IMG/VR virus record: IMGVR_UViG_3300022666_000341
Coordinates: 1 to 31,433 of that record
DNA: 31,433 nt
Source: a virus
Taxonomy: Duplodnaviria; Caudoviricetes
Direction: 5' to 3' (one strand)
Both the position numbers and the translations under genes were made by a program. Each line of letters opens with the position of its first letter. Position 1 is the first letter of the stretch. The notes beneath the pieces were generated by a model. The model was not told where the DNA came from, ran no database searches, and was given only the letters and a program-made list of their open reading frames with translations. This document shows, one piece after another, positions 18,242-26,634 of the stretch.

Positions 18242-18295
18242 TAGTGGCTTCCTTGCTCCAGATAGAGTATCCAATACTACTCGCAAGGAGATACG

Positions 18296-18721
18296 ATGGA
18301 AGCCACACTGTTGGAACGCATCAAAGAACAACTGGTTAGACACGAAGGTCTGAGGCTCAAGCCATACCGCTGCACTGCAGGTAAGCTGACCATCGGCATT
18401 GGCCGCAATCTCGATGACTGTGGTATTTCCCAGACCGAAGCTTATGTGCTCTTGGAGAATGATATCCAGAACTGCGAGAAACAGCTTTTGGATGAGATTC
18501 CAGAGATATACAATGCTATGGATGAAGTCCGCAAATCGGTGCTGCTGAACATGTGTTTCAATCTGGGTATCGGTGGGCTGCTTGGTTTCAACAACACGCT
18601 GGCTTATATAGCTGCCGGAGACTGGGAACGAGCTGCCAATGGTATGCTTGCCTCCAAGTGGGCAAAGCAGGTTGGTCGCAGAGCGATAGAGCTATCTGAA
18701 CTGATGAGGAAAGGTAAGTGA
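18296..18721 (+). CDS. Phage lysozyme/endolysin (T4-like GH24 fold)
   Basis: HEGLRLKPYRCTAGKLTIGIGRNL (E-x8-C-x5-T triad), LLNMCFNLG and SKWAKQVGRRA; AAGGAG RBS. Confidence 0.9.
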   Translation: MEATLLERIKEQLVRHEGLRLKPYRCTAGKLTIGIGRNLDDCGISQTEAYVLLENDIQNCEKQLLDEIPEIYNAMDEVRKSVLLNMCFNLGIGGLLGFNNTLAYIAAGDWERAANGMLASKWAKQVGRRAIELSELMRKGK

Positions 18722-19176
18722 TACCGATCCCGGTCGAGATTGATGCCATGCTGGCTATACTCAATTTGCCCAAGGAAATGGCTGATAACTGCATCTTCAA
18801 AGAACATCAGACACTGGTTCTGGAGATGGTTCGTTCGGTTGTTCTACCTGAACATTATACTAGGGCAATCCAGGAAGACATGCCTGAGGATGATCCATTC
18901 TGTGTCTCTTTTCGTTTTGGGTTCTCTTTCCTGATGCTGCACAGCACTTGTGAGTTTCTCAATTTGAAGACCCTGGGCGAGGGAATAGTCAAGACCGTAG
19001 GATTAGACCAGTCTGCCACCGAGTTGCTCACAGGGAGCGAAATTGACGCATTCAAAGCTAACCTTGAGCTGAGAGCACTGACCGGGCTTCGAGAGTATCT
19101 CAGCCCTACAGGTTTACTTCGGCTTGAGGAGCTTAAACCCAGACCCCCGAGAGTGATCCGGGTGGGAGTGATCTGA
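18718..19176 (+). CDS. Hypothetical virion protein, possible head-tail adaptor
   Basis: GTGA overlap with the lysozyme gene; helical 152-aa protein; function inferred only from position. Confidence 0.55.
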   Translation: MIPIPVEIDAMLAILNLPKEMADNCIFKEHQTLVLEMVRSVVLPEHYTRAIQEDMPEDDPFCVSFRFGFSFLMLHSTCEFLNLKTLGEGIVKTVGLDQSATELLTGSEIDAFKANLELRALTGLREYLSPTGLLRLEELKPRPPRVIRVGVI

Positions 19177-19685
19177 TGACCGACAATACAGAAGGGCAGA
19201 CACGCAGGTCTGCCCCTACGGATGAACTGATGCGGGAGATCTACCTGGCTATCTATGCAGCCTTGGATAGCCGACTGCATTTAATCGGTTCTGTAATCGA
19301 TGCCGAGTCCCGCAAGGAGATACTGGCACAGCAGATTTACGATAAGGGCGATTTCTATGGCAATGCCGGCTATCTGGTCGAGACCAGTCCTGATGCCATG
19401 ATCCTCAGAGTAGGCTCCAATGTGCGTCATGAACCTTTCGTTTTGGGCGGCAAAGTGCCTTCCTGGACTCCTATTGCTCCACTTATCGCCTGGGTCGAAC
19501 GCAAGCACCTATCTTGGACTGATAAAGAGACAGGTAAGCTACTGACCGTAGCCGAGATCGCATATCTCATCCGGGGCAAGATCAAACGGGAAGGCATCGC
19601 TGCCCGTAATGTGTTTGCTGAGGTTATCGCCAACCGGGAGCAATGGATATACCAACAATTGAACGATATAGAGGTGAATCTATGA
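19176..19685 (+). CDS. Neck/tail-completion protein (HK97 gp10-like)
   Basis: VGSNVRHEPFVLGG...PIAPLIAWV...IRGKIKREGIAARNVF pattern typical of neck proteins; coupled by TGATG. Confidence 0.6.
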   Translation: MTDNTEGQTRRSAPTDELMREIYLAIYAALDSRLHLIGSVIDAESRKEILAQQIYDKGDFYGNAGYLVETSPDAMILRVGSNVRHEPFVLGGKVPSWTPIAPLIAWVERKHLSWTDKETGKLLTVAEIAYLIRGKIKREGIAARNVFAEVIANREQWIYQQLNDIEVNL

Positions 19686-20083
19686 CCGCTCATGAGAAGT
19701 TTATCGCAGACCGGAATCGGATAGTCGATGCATTGAAGTTTTCTGATATCCCCACCATCCAGTTCAACAAAGATGCTATCCCCAAGCAGTTGCCTTGTGC
19801 CATCGTGATTCTCGACTCAGAGACAGGCAAGAATGGCACTTCCAGACAGTATGTGAGTACTGATCTGGCATGGACAGTCTTCCTAATCGTCAATGCACAG
19901 AACGTATCTGATCCAGATTCCGACTTGTACCAACTCAAAGAGAAGTTTCGGAGTTTCTACCTCAAGCTGATGAACCGGGACCTGCCCAGTGTGGAGTATT
20001 ATACCAGCCGCATCGATGGCACTCGTCTTGTACGCATTGCCAAGATCGATCTGCTCAAGGCAGGAACTGGAGCCTCTGCATGA
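19682..20083 (+). CDS. Putative tail terminator/completion protein (133 aa)
   Basis: GAGGTG RBS and ATGA overlap at 19682; LPCAIVI motif and beta-strand pattern resemble tail terminators. Confidence 0.55.
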   Translation: MTAHEKFIADRNRIVDALKFSDIPTIQFNKDAIPKQLPCAIVILDSETGKNGTSRQYVSTDLAWTVFLIVNAQNVSDPDSDLYQLKEKFRSFYLKLMNRDLPSVEYYTSRIDGTRLVRIAKIDLLKAGTGASA

Positions 20084-21267
20084 GAGTAATGCGACTGGGT
20101 GGCTATAACCTGGCAATAAGCTCTGCTGCTGGTCTCCTGGAGACCAAATACAAGCCTGAGCCGATTGACTTATCCAAACTGAGTAGAGTCGGTAAGCAAC
20201 TGATCTCCAAAGCAGCAGAGACTAAGAAAGTAGTCTCTCAGCCCTATTCTATGGGTAATCTGCTCAACCTCCTGGATACCGATGAGTACCACTCCGGTTG
20301 TGTGGATGCTCTTTCTATGGCAACTGTGATGGAGTTCGACTGCAAGAACAGCCAGGTCAAGTCGTGGATGGAAGCTGCCGAGTTTCCTGCCTGTGAAGAC
20401 CAGACCACTATCCTGGCAGAGATGATCAAGTTCTATCTCGCCTGTGGTAATGGCTTCCTGATCAAGATGCGTAATGCTCAGGGTCAGTGGATGGGACTGG
20501 AACGCATGCTGCCCAGCGAAGTGCAGATCGTGGAGAACTATGACGAGTTCGGCTTCTTTCGACCCAACTACATCCAGGTGAAGAACAACCAGAAGAAGGA
20601 CTTCGCCTATGCCGACATCATCCACATCAAGAAGAGTACCCACAAGAGTAATGCCTGGGGCTTAGCCTGCCTGCCGATAGCTATCAATGTCGAGATACTT
20701 TCTGAGATCAAGACCTTCGACTACAACAACTTCAAGAACGGTCTCATGATCGACTATTTCGTAATAGTGGAGGGTGGAACTCTACGTGATGGCACTGTAA
20801 CTGATGAGCAGGGAAATGAAGTACTGACCGATGCCTATACCGAGATTGAGAAGGCTCTCACTGAGGTCAAAGGCAATGCCAAGAGCCATTCTACTGTCCT
20901 GATCGAGAGCGAGAGCCGGGACGTGAAGATACGCCTCGAACCACTGCGTCAACAGGACAGAGAAGGTGGCTTCATCACCCTTAAGAAAGACCTGAGAGAA
21001 GGTATCTTCGCTTATCACCGGGTCCCTGCAAGGATTGTCTCCCAGCTTATCCCAGGGCAGCTTGGTGGCGATAACAAGAGCGATATGCTGATGTTCTACC
21101 ACTTCGTAGTCAAGCCGCTGCAGAATCGCCTGGCACTCACCCTGGCAATAGAGTTCAACTTTGAGTTCGGGTGGAACCTCACTCCGGACGACTTCAATTT
21201 CGGCAATCTCACCGAGAAGCTTCAATCTGCGGATGAGCAACTCTTTATGCAGAATCGCAATCTATAA
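20080..21267 (+). CDS. Portal protein (PBSX/P2-like)
   Basis: YLACGNGFL, DIIHIKK...WG, NNFKNG, AYHRVPARIV and FYHFVVKPLQ; directly upstream of the protease-capsid gene. Confidence 0.85.
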   Translation: MRVMRLGGYNLAISSAAGLLETKYKPEPIDLSKLSRVGKQLISKAAETKKVVSQPYSMGNLLNLLDTDEYHSGCVDALSMATVMEFDCKNSQVKSWMEAAEFPACEDQTTILAEMIKFYLACGNGFLIKMRNAQGQWMGLERMLPSEVQIVENYDEFGFFRPNYIQVKNNQKKDFAYADIIHIKKSTHKSNAWGLACLPIAINVEILSEIKTFDYNNFKNGLMIDYFVIVEGGTLRDGTVTDEQGNEVLTDAYTEIEKALTEVKGNAKSHSTVLIESESRDVKIRLEPLRQQDREGGFITLKKDLREGIFAYHRVPARIVSQLIPGQLGGDNKSDMLMFYHFVVKPLQNRLALTLAIEFNFEFGWNLTPDDFNFGNLTEKLQSADEQLFMQNRNL

Positions 21268-21342
21268 CACGAGCCATATTATGCAATATTTCAAACAGCA
21301 AACCAGCAATCTACAACCCATCACTAACCCTAAGGAGGTACA

Positions 21343-23082
21343 GTGAATATCTTCGGAACCAAGAGCAAGATCGTGCAGAAGGGAGAACTGCGCAACGTAG
21401 AGGTCGAGTTAGTCTCGCTCCTCTTCGGGGAAATGACTCCCGCCAATCAGAAGGGCTTTGTGGTCAAGAACGCTTCCGGACGGAGCTTTGAACACAAAGT
21501 CAACTCCACCAAGTTCAAGAGTGAGACATCAGGCACTCAGGGACGGCTATACGTTACCCTGATGGAGCCGGATATCCAGGACAGCCAGGGCGACTTCTAC
21601 TCAAAAGATGAGATACAGAAAGCCTGTGACCACTTTGCCAAGCACGGACTGGTCGGCAAGTGCGATGTGAATCACAACATGCAGCCAGTACCGGAGTTCA
21701 GCGTAGTAGAGAACTACATCCTCAAAACGGCTGACAAAGAGCATTACCCGGACACCAAAGTCGGTGCCTGGGTGCAGGTACTCAAGTGCGAAAACCTCCA
21801 GAGTGATCTATGGCAGAAGGTCGAGAAAGGCGAGTTCAAGGGTGTCTCCATCTATGGCAGAGCCGATGACTACCGCAATGCCGAAGCTAGCCTGACAGAG
21901 ATCAAGAACGAACTCAACTCCTTACGTAAGGTAGCGGAGCAAAACAACAACACCGAGCTGCAGAAAGGGATCACAGCCATCTCAGAGAAGATAACCGAGA
22001 TCGAAAAGAGCAGCGGTAACGTCATGCTCGGTGATGCCATCCACAGCATTGAGAAGAGCCTCAAAGACCTGTCAGTGACCATGTCTCGTGCTATCTCCAA
22101 GAGCATACCAGGTGAACCCGATGAGAACAAGTCTAACTTTGACCGCGAAGTGACCATCGATGGTAACAAGATAGTAGTCAAAGCTTCTCACCGTGAAATC
22201 TACAAAGGCATCTCGGATGTCGATTCCGGTAAAGCCATGAACATCCTGACCGCCAATACCACTTCGTTGTTTATCGATGAAGTGATCGGTAGCCAGCCCG
22301 GAGATACCCTCTCCGATATCTCGGTCATTCCCTTACTCAAAGACGAGAAGATCGATGTCGGGCTGATCGATGACCTGGTCTTCAAGAACAGCCTGGATGG
22401 CGCACTGACGGCTCAGGGTGTCTCCACTGCCGATCTCTCTGTCCCCACCGGGATACTCAATGCCGAGTTCACCTTAGGCAGGGATGTTGTGGAGTTCTAT
22501 AAGGACAAGTACGGCGAAGATGCCTTCGGTGCCTATGTGGAGAACCACATCGCCAAGAAGACCGAGAAAGCCATGCGCCTGCTCCTGTTCAAGGGTGACA
22601 GAGCCTCCGGCACCGATAAACTCAAAGCTTTAAACGGCATCATCAAACTCGCCACCACTGCCACTGATGTGACCGAGATCGATAACGATACCTATGTCAC
22701 CTTTGCCGAACGCTTTGAAGCCGCTCTGCTTGCCTTCTCCGATGAGATACTGGAAGAGCAGGAGAGCTTCAAGTTCTATGTCTCCCAGAAAGACCTCATC
22801 CGCATCCGATCTGAAATCGCCAAACGTGAGACCGCAGCCGGAGATCGCCTCTTACTTGAGGGCGGTAACATGTCCTTCGCAGGTATCCCCGTCAAAGCCA
22901 GGCTGATGCCGGATGACTATATCATCGGCGGACTCTCAAAGTTTATCATCATCGGTTACCGTACCGATGCCGAACTCAAGGTGGAACACCATGGAAGTGA
23001 TTGGAAGTACCACTGGTACATCCGCATCCGTCCCGGTATCACTTACATCCCCAACTTTATCAAGATATTCCATGTCGTATAA
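21343..23082 (+). CDS. Fused XkdF-like prohead protease, coiled-coil scaffold linker and major capsid protein (579 aa)
   Basis: AAGGAGG plus GTG start. N-terminal EPDIQDSQGDF...HNMQ...VVENY...GAWV...KGEFKGVSIYG (XkdF-like); central heptad-rich region; C-terminal ~280 aa with HK97-fold-like LLFKGD...NGIIK and FAGIPV. Confidence 0.75.
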   Translation: MNIFGTKSKIVQKGELRNVEVELVSLLFGEMTPANQKGFVVKNASGRSFEHKVNSTKFKSETSGTQGRLYVTLMEPDIQDSQGDFYSKDEIQKACDHFAKHGLVGKCDVNHNMQPVPEFSVVENYILKTADKEHYPDTKVGAWVQVLKCENLQSDLWQKVEKGEFKGVSIYGRADDYRNAEASLTEIKNELNSLRKVAEQNNNTELQKGITAISEKITEIEKSSGNVMLGDAIHSIEKSLKDLSVTMSRAISKSIPGEPDENKSNFDREVTIDGNKIVVKASHREIYKGISDVDSGKAMNILTANTTSLFIDEVIGSQPGDTLSDISVIPLLKDEKIDVGLIDDLVFKNSLDGALTAQGVSTADLSVPTGILNAEFTLGRDVVEFYKDKYGEDAFGAYVENHIAKKTEKAMRLLLFKGDRASGTDKLKALNGIIKLATTATDVTEIDNDTYVTFAERFEAALLAFSDEILEEQESFKFYVSQKDLIRIRSEIAKRETAAGDRLLLEGGNMSFAGIPVKARLMPDDYIIGGLSKFIIIGYRTDAELKVEHHGSDWKYHWYIRIRPGITYIPNFIKIFHVV

Positions 23083-23092
23083 GGAGGTACTA

Positions 23093-23479
23093 ATGAAGAT
23101 CACTGTCTTAGCCTTGGTGCTGATAGGCTTTCTCTGCCTTATCGCCCTGAACCTGTTTGCCCAGTACACCCTGCCTGTGGATACCCGCAAGATCGCCATC
23201 CAGATGAACAAGGGCTTCTCCTGTATGACCTACAGTCCATCTGCAGATACCCTCTGGAAAGCTATTGCTGTCCCCAGTGGAACTGTGGAAGTGGTGCTGA
23301 TCCCAGCCACGGGTGGTATCGGTGTACGAGCCGATAACAGCAATGCCAATAACTCCTATGCCACTGTCCCGGTCGGTGTTCCCATCGTGATCCCCGTTTA
23401 CAGCCAAAGAACCTTCTATATCCGACGGGCGGTTGCCGGAACAGCCAGTGTAGCCAACCTCATCTTCTATAAACTTTAG
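23093..23479 (+). CDS. Hypothetical exported beta-rich protein with Sec-type signal peptide (128 aa)
   Basis: AAGGAGG at 23081-23087 before ATG 23093; MKITVLALVLIGFLCLIALNLFA-Q signal-like N-terminus. Confidence 0.7.
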   Translation: MKITVLALVLIGFLCLIALNLFAQYTLPVDTRKIAIQMNKGFSCMTYSPSADTLWKAIAVPSGTVEVVLIPATGGIGVRADNSNANNSYATVPVGVPIVIPVYSQRTFYIRRAVAGTASVANLIFYKL

Positions 23480-23509
23480 TAATTGAAGTAAAGTAACAAA
23501 GGAGCATTC

Positions 23510-23860
23510 ATGGACTTCATCATCCAAAACCAAGCCTTCATCCTCGGACTCTTGACTACCATCATTGTCTGGATCATCTTCCGTGTCACTGGCAAGAGCC
23601 TGGACAAGACCAAGATCAACTCGGCTCTGGCGATCATCCTGGACATCATTCAGGATATCAAGACCAACCCGGCTACCAAGAACCTTGATGACTATGCCAA
23701 GAAGCAGTTGGCAGTCGAGCGGGCTACCAAGAGCCTGCCTGCCAAGCAGACCGGTCTGGTCATGAAGGTGTTCGGCACCCTCGGGGGAGCTATCGAATAC
23801 GTCTTCCACAACCGCAAGTGGCTGTTCTCTATCGGTAAAGCCATCAAGGGAGTGTTCTGA
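23510..23860 (+). CDS. Holin-like membrane protein (single N-terminal TM helix)
   Basis: AAGGAG RBS; hydrophobic AFILGLLTTIIVWIIF; DYAKKQLAVE is reminiscent of LL-H-type holins. Confidence 0.5.
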   Translation: MDFIIQNQAFILGLLTTIIVWIIFRVTGKSLDKTKINSALAIILDIIQDIKTNPATKNLDDYAKKQLAVERATKSLPAKQTGLVMKVFGTLGGAIEYVFHNRKWLFSIGKAIKGVF

Positions 23861-24405
23861 TGCCCCAGCCCATTCAACCGCCTACTTATCCGGCTCCCAT
23901 GACCGAGACGGATATGCACTTCGTCTCTCTGGTTGATGTGATGGTGGCAGATGATATCTACTTCGGGATAGGCAACTATACCGAGACGGATATCGCCACC
24001 CTCTATGCGACCCAAAGCGCAGTCAAGACCGAACTGAACACCAACTTCGACATGATGGGAGAACTGGCTGAAAAGCCCGGTAAGACCGACTCCAAGATCA
24101 CCAAGCTCAAGACCCGCAACTATACCCTGCCCGGTAAGCGCACCTCTACTGCGGAACTGAGCATCGTAGGTCTGTCCAACAAGCAGAAGAACTTCCTCGA
24201 AAGCAGCCTGTTCATGGGACGTAACACCACAATCGTAGTAGTCTCCAAAGCCTTCGACCGGGTGGTGATCTTCAATGGTTTGCGCTGGACAGTCGACTGG
24301 TCGGGAGAAGCTGACGGGCTGTTCTCGGTAGTCATCTCCACCGAGTTCTCCGGCATCACCAACGGCAAGATCTTTGTCCTCAAGGACATTCCTGCCGGAA
24401 CCTAA
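23860..24405 (+). CDS. Putative major tail tube protein
   Basis: 181 aa, Thr/Gly and beta-strand rich; lies upstream of the frameshifting chaperone; no sheath gene nearby. Confidence 0.55.
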   Translation: MPQPIQPPTYPAPMTETDMHFVSLVDVMVADDIYFGIGNYTETDIATLYATQSAVKTELNTNFDMMGELAEKPGKTDSKITKLKTRNYTLPGKRTSTAELSIVGLSNKQKNFLESSLFMGRNTTIVVVSKAFDRVVIFNGLRWTVDWSGEADGLFSVVISTEFSGITNGKIFVLKDIPAGT

Positions 24406-24435
24406 CAACATAAACCAACAACCAAGGACAAGAAC

Positions 24436-24636
24436 ATGGATTGCCAATGTAAACCTGAGATTAAAGACAAGATAGACAGTGTACATGAAGAGATCTACGG
24501 CAACGGAAACAGCAATAACTCATTGGTGACCAGAATGGCGAGAGTGGAGACGAACATGAAAATACTCCTGGGTGTCTCCACCTCCCAGTTCTTTATGCTG
24601 ATCGGCGTTGCCATCAAGATGTTCTTCAACCAATAA
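24436..24636 (+). CDS. Small C-terminally anchored membrane protein (XhlA/holin-like)
   Basis: IYGNG...LVTRMARVE coiled coil followed by hydrophobic FFMLIGVAIKMFF; AAGGA RBS. Confidence 0.55.
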   Translation: MDCQCKPEIKDKIDSVHEEIYGNGNSNNSLVTRMARVETNMKILLGVSTSQFFMLIGVAIKMFFNQ

Positions 24637-24648
24637 GGACGGCACAAT

Positions 24649-24999
24649 ATGAAAACTGAACCCAAACTAAGCTATAACCAACTACGGCAGATCCTCAGCC
24701 TGACCATCTCCAACCAAACTCTCAAAGCCAAGCTTGAGGACTTCCTCTCCGGCAAGGTGACCAAGGTATCGGAAGTGGAACTGCTTGAACTGATATCCCA
24801 ATCAGAAGTGGACAAGGAGCTTATCCGCATCATCTCCAGCCAGGACCCGGACAATATGGATGCACTTGAAGCGTTGGAGTACATCTCGGCTTTTTTCGTC
24901 TATATCAGAGCCAACAGCGAGAGGTTCAAAGGTTGGCTCGGGAGTTTCGGATTGGCGGTCAAAGCCAGTCCCGCTACCCCTACGAGAGGTTCGAAATGA
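24649..24999 (+). CDS. Tail assembly chaperone (gpG-like, 116 aa)
   Basis: Helical acidic protein between tail tube and tape measure, with an in-frame slippery heptamer T-TTT-TTC at 24891-24897. Confidence 0.7.
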   Translation: MKTEPKLSYNQLRQILSLTISNQTLKAKLEDFLSGKVTKVSEVELLELISQSEVDKELIRIISSQDPDNMDALEALEYISAFFVYIRANSERFKGWLGSFGLAVKASPATPTRGSK

Positions 25000-25100
25000 T
25001 CCTGCGTAAAATCGGCTTTACTAATGAGGATTTCGATAGTCTGACCCTGCCAGAACTGTACCTGCGGCTCTGCCTGGCTGATCCAAAAGGAGACTTCTAA
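24649..25100 (+). CDS. -1 frameshift extended chaperone (gpGT-like, ~150 aa)
   Basis: After slippage at 24891-24897 the -1 frame stays open for 67 codons (RLYQSQQREV...FDSLTLPELYLRLCLADPKGDF) to TAA 25098-25100, which overlaps the next ATG. Confidence 0.7.
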
Positions 25101-25861
25101 TGGATGCATTGATCGGATGGATCGGAGGTAAACGACTACTCCGCAAAACTATATCGCAATACGTACCCAAGGACATTCAGGGCTACATCGAACCCTTCGG
25201 TGGGGCTGCCTGGATGCTGCTTTACAAAGACAAATGGGGCGATCTTGAGGTCTATAACGATCTCGATTATCGCCTGGTCAATCTCTTCCTACAGGTGAAG
25301 TATCATCCCGATGAGTTGATCAAAGAACTGGACTGGTTGGTAGCCAGTCGTAAGCTATTTGGCGATATCCTCAAGCAGGAAGGCTTAACCGAGATACAGA
25401 GAGCGGCTAGGTTCATGTTCCTGATTACCAGATCATTTGGAAGCAAAGGGGATAGCTTCGGCACTTCTCAGAAGCGTGGCACCTCCAGTATGTATAACCG
25501 TCTGGAACGCATCAAAGAGCTGCACAAGCGTCTGGACATGGTCATCATCGAGAATCTCTCCTATGAGAAGGTGATTGAGAAGTATGATACCAAGAGCAAC
25601 TTCTTCTACTGTGACCCACCTTACATGCTTGGCTATACTTATGAGAACTCCAAGCAGTTCAGTCATGAAGCCCTGAGAGACATCCTGAAGAATATCAAAG
25701 GCAGGTTCATCCTCTCCTATGATGACAACCCGGAAGTGCTGAAGCTATACAAGGGCTATGACATCAAGCATGTCACCAGAACCAAGGGCATCAACCGCAA
25801 GGAAGGTAAATCCGAGTTCAATGAAGTGATTATCGCCAACTTCCCATTGGAGGTGCAATGA
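25100..25861 (+). CDS. DNA N6-adenine methyltransferase (Dam/D12 alpha class) 1
   Basis: WIGGKRLL, YIEPFGGAAW (SAM binding), YNDLD and catalytic DPPY; AAGGAG RBS. Confidence 0.93.
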   Translation: MDALIGWIGGKRLLRKTISQYVPKDIQGYIEPFGGAAWMLLYKDKWGDLEVYNDLDYRLVNLFLQVKYHPDELIKELDWLVASRKLFGDILKQEGLTEIQRAARFMFLITRSFGSKGDSFGTSQKRGTSSMYNRLERIKELHKRLDMVIIENLSYEKVIEKYDTKSNFFYCDPPYMLGYTYENSKQFSHEALRDILKNIKGRFILSYDDNPEVLKLYKGYDIKHVTRTKGINRKEGKSEFNEVIIANFPLEVQ

Positions 25862-26634
25862 ACAGCATCATCTCCTGGGTAGGTGGCAAGCGTCTCCTGC
25901 GAAAGAAGATCCTCCCCATGATCCCCAAGCATGACATTTACTGTGAAGTCTTTGGTGGTGCAGCCTGGATACTATTCGGGAAGAGTCCCAACAAGGAAAA
26001 CTGGCAGTTATCCAATAAGAGTAGATACACTGAAGTCTATAACGACATCAATGGTGATCTGGTGAACTTCTGGCGCTATATCAAACAGCATCCTGAAGCG
26101 TTTGTGACGGAGTTGAACCAGTACTTGGTATCGAGGGAGATGTTCGACACATTTACCCAACATGAGCCCAGAACTGAGCTTGAACGGGCTATCCGTTTCT
26201 ACTTCCAGTTATCCTGCAGCTATGGCTCACGGTCAAAGAACTTCTGCATCATGCAGGGCTATAAATACATGCCACTGCGGAATCTGGAGAAGGTGAAAGC
26301 AGCTTCAGAACGGCTACAACAGGTAATCATCGAAAAGCAGGACTTTGAGAGGATCATTGCCCGCTTTGATACACCCAATACCTTCTTCTATCTTGATCCA
26401 CCCTACTACACAAAGGAACATTTATATGACAGAGAAGACGCTGATGCCTTTACCAAGCATGAAGAACTGGCAGCCGCACTGAAGAACATCAAAGGGAAGT
26501 TCTTGTTATCTTATAATAATGATCCCTACATCCGCACACTCTACCAAGGCTTCACCATTGATGAAGTAGAAGCGCAATACACCGTCTCCGGTGCTTTTCA
26601 GACTGAAACTGAGTTACTTATCCGCAATTATTAA
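25858..26634 (+). CDS. DNA N6-adenine methyltransferase (Dam/D12 alpha class) 2
   Basis: WVGGKRLL, CEVFGGAAW, YNDINGDLVNF and catalytic DPPY; GGAGGTG RBS and ATGA overlap. Confidence 0.93.
   Translation: MNSIISWVGGKRLLRKKILPMIPKHDIYCEVFGGAAWILFGKSPNKENWQLSNKSRYTEVYNDINGDLVNFWRYIKQHPEAFVTELNQYLVSREMFDTFTQHEPRTELERAIRFYFQLSCSYGSRSKNFCIMQGYKYMPLRNLEKVKAASERLQQVIIEKQDFERIIARFDTPNTFFYLDPPYYTKEHLYDREDADAFTKHEELAAALKNIKGKFLLSYNNDPYIRTLYQGFTIDEVEAQYTVSGAFQTETELLIRNY

Noticed and set aside
22913-23092. Upstream extension of the 188-aa ORF
   Set aside because: It overlaps the capsid gene out of frame. The perfect RBS and signal peptide support ATG 23093.
23108-24486. Long minus-strand ORFs (233 aa and 264 aa), and similar ones such as 2003..2596 and 20170..20643
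   Set aside because: They lie wholly antisense to well-supported + strand genes and have no recognisable motifs; they are typical shadow ORFs caused by codon bias.
25100-26634. The two MTases as part of the BREX system (PglX substitutes) or a restriction-modification pair
   Set aside because: They are 7 kb from the island, have phage-like composition, are coupled to tail genes, are small Dam-type enzymes, and have no adjacent endonuclease.
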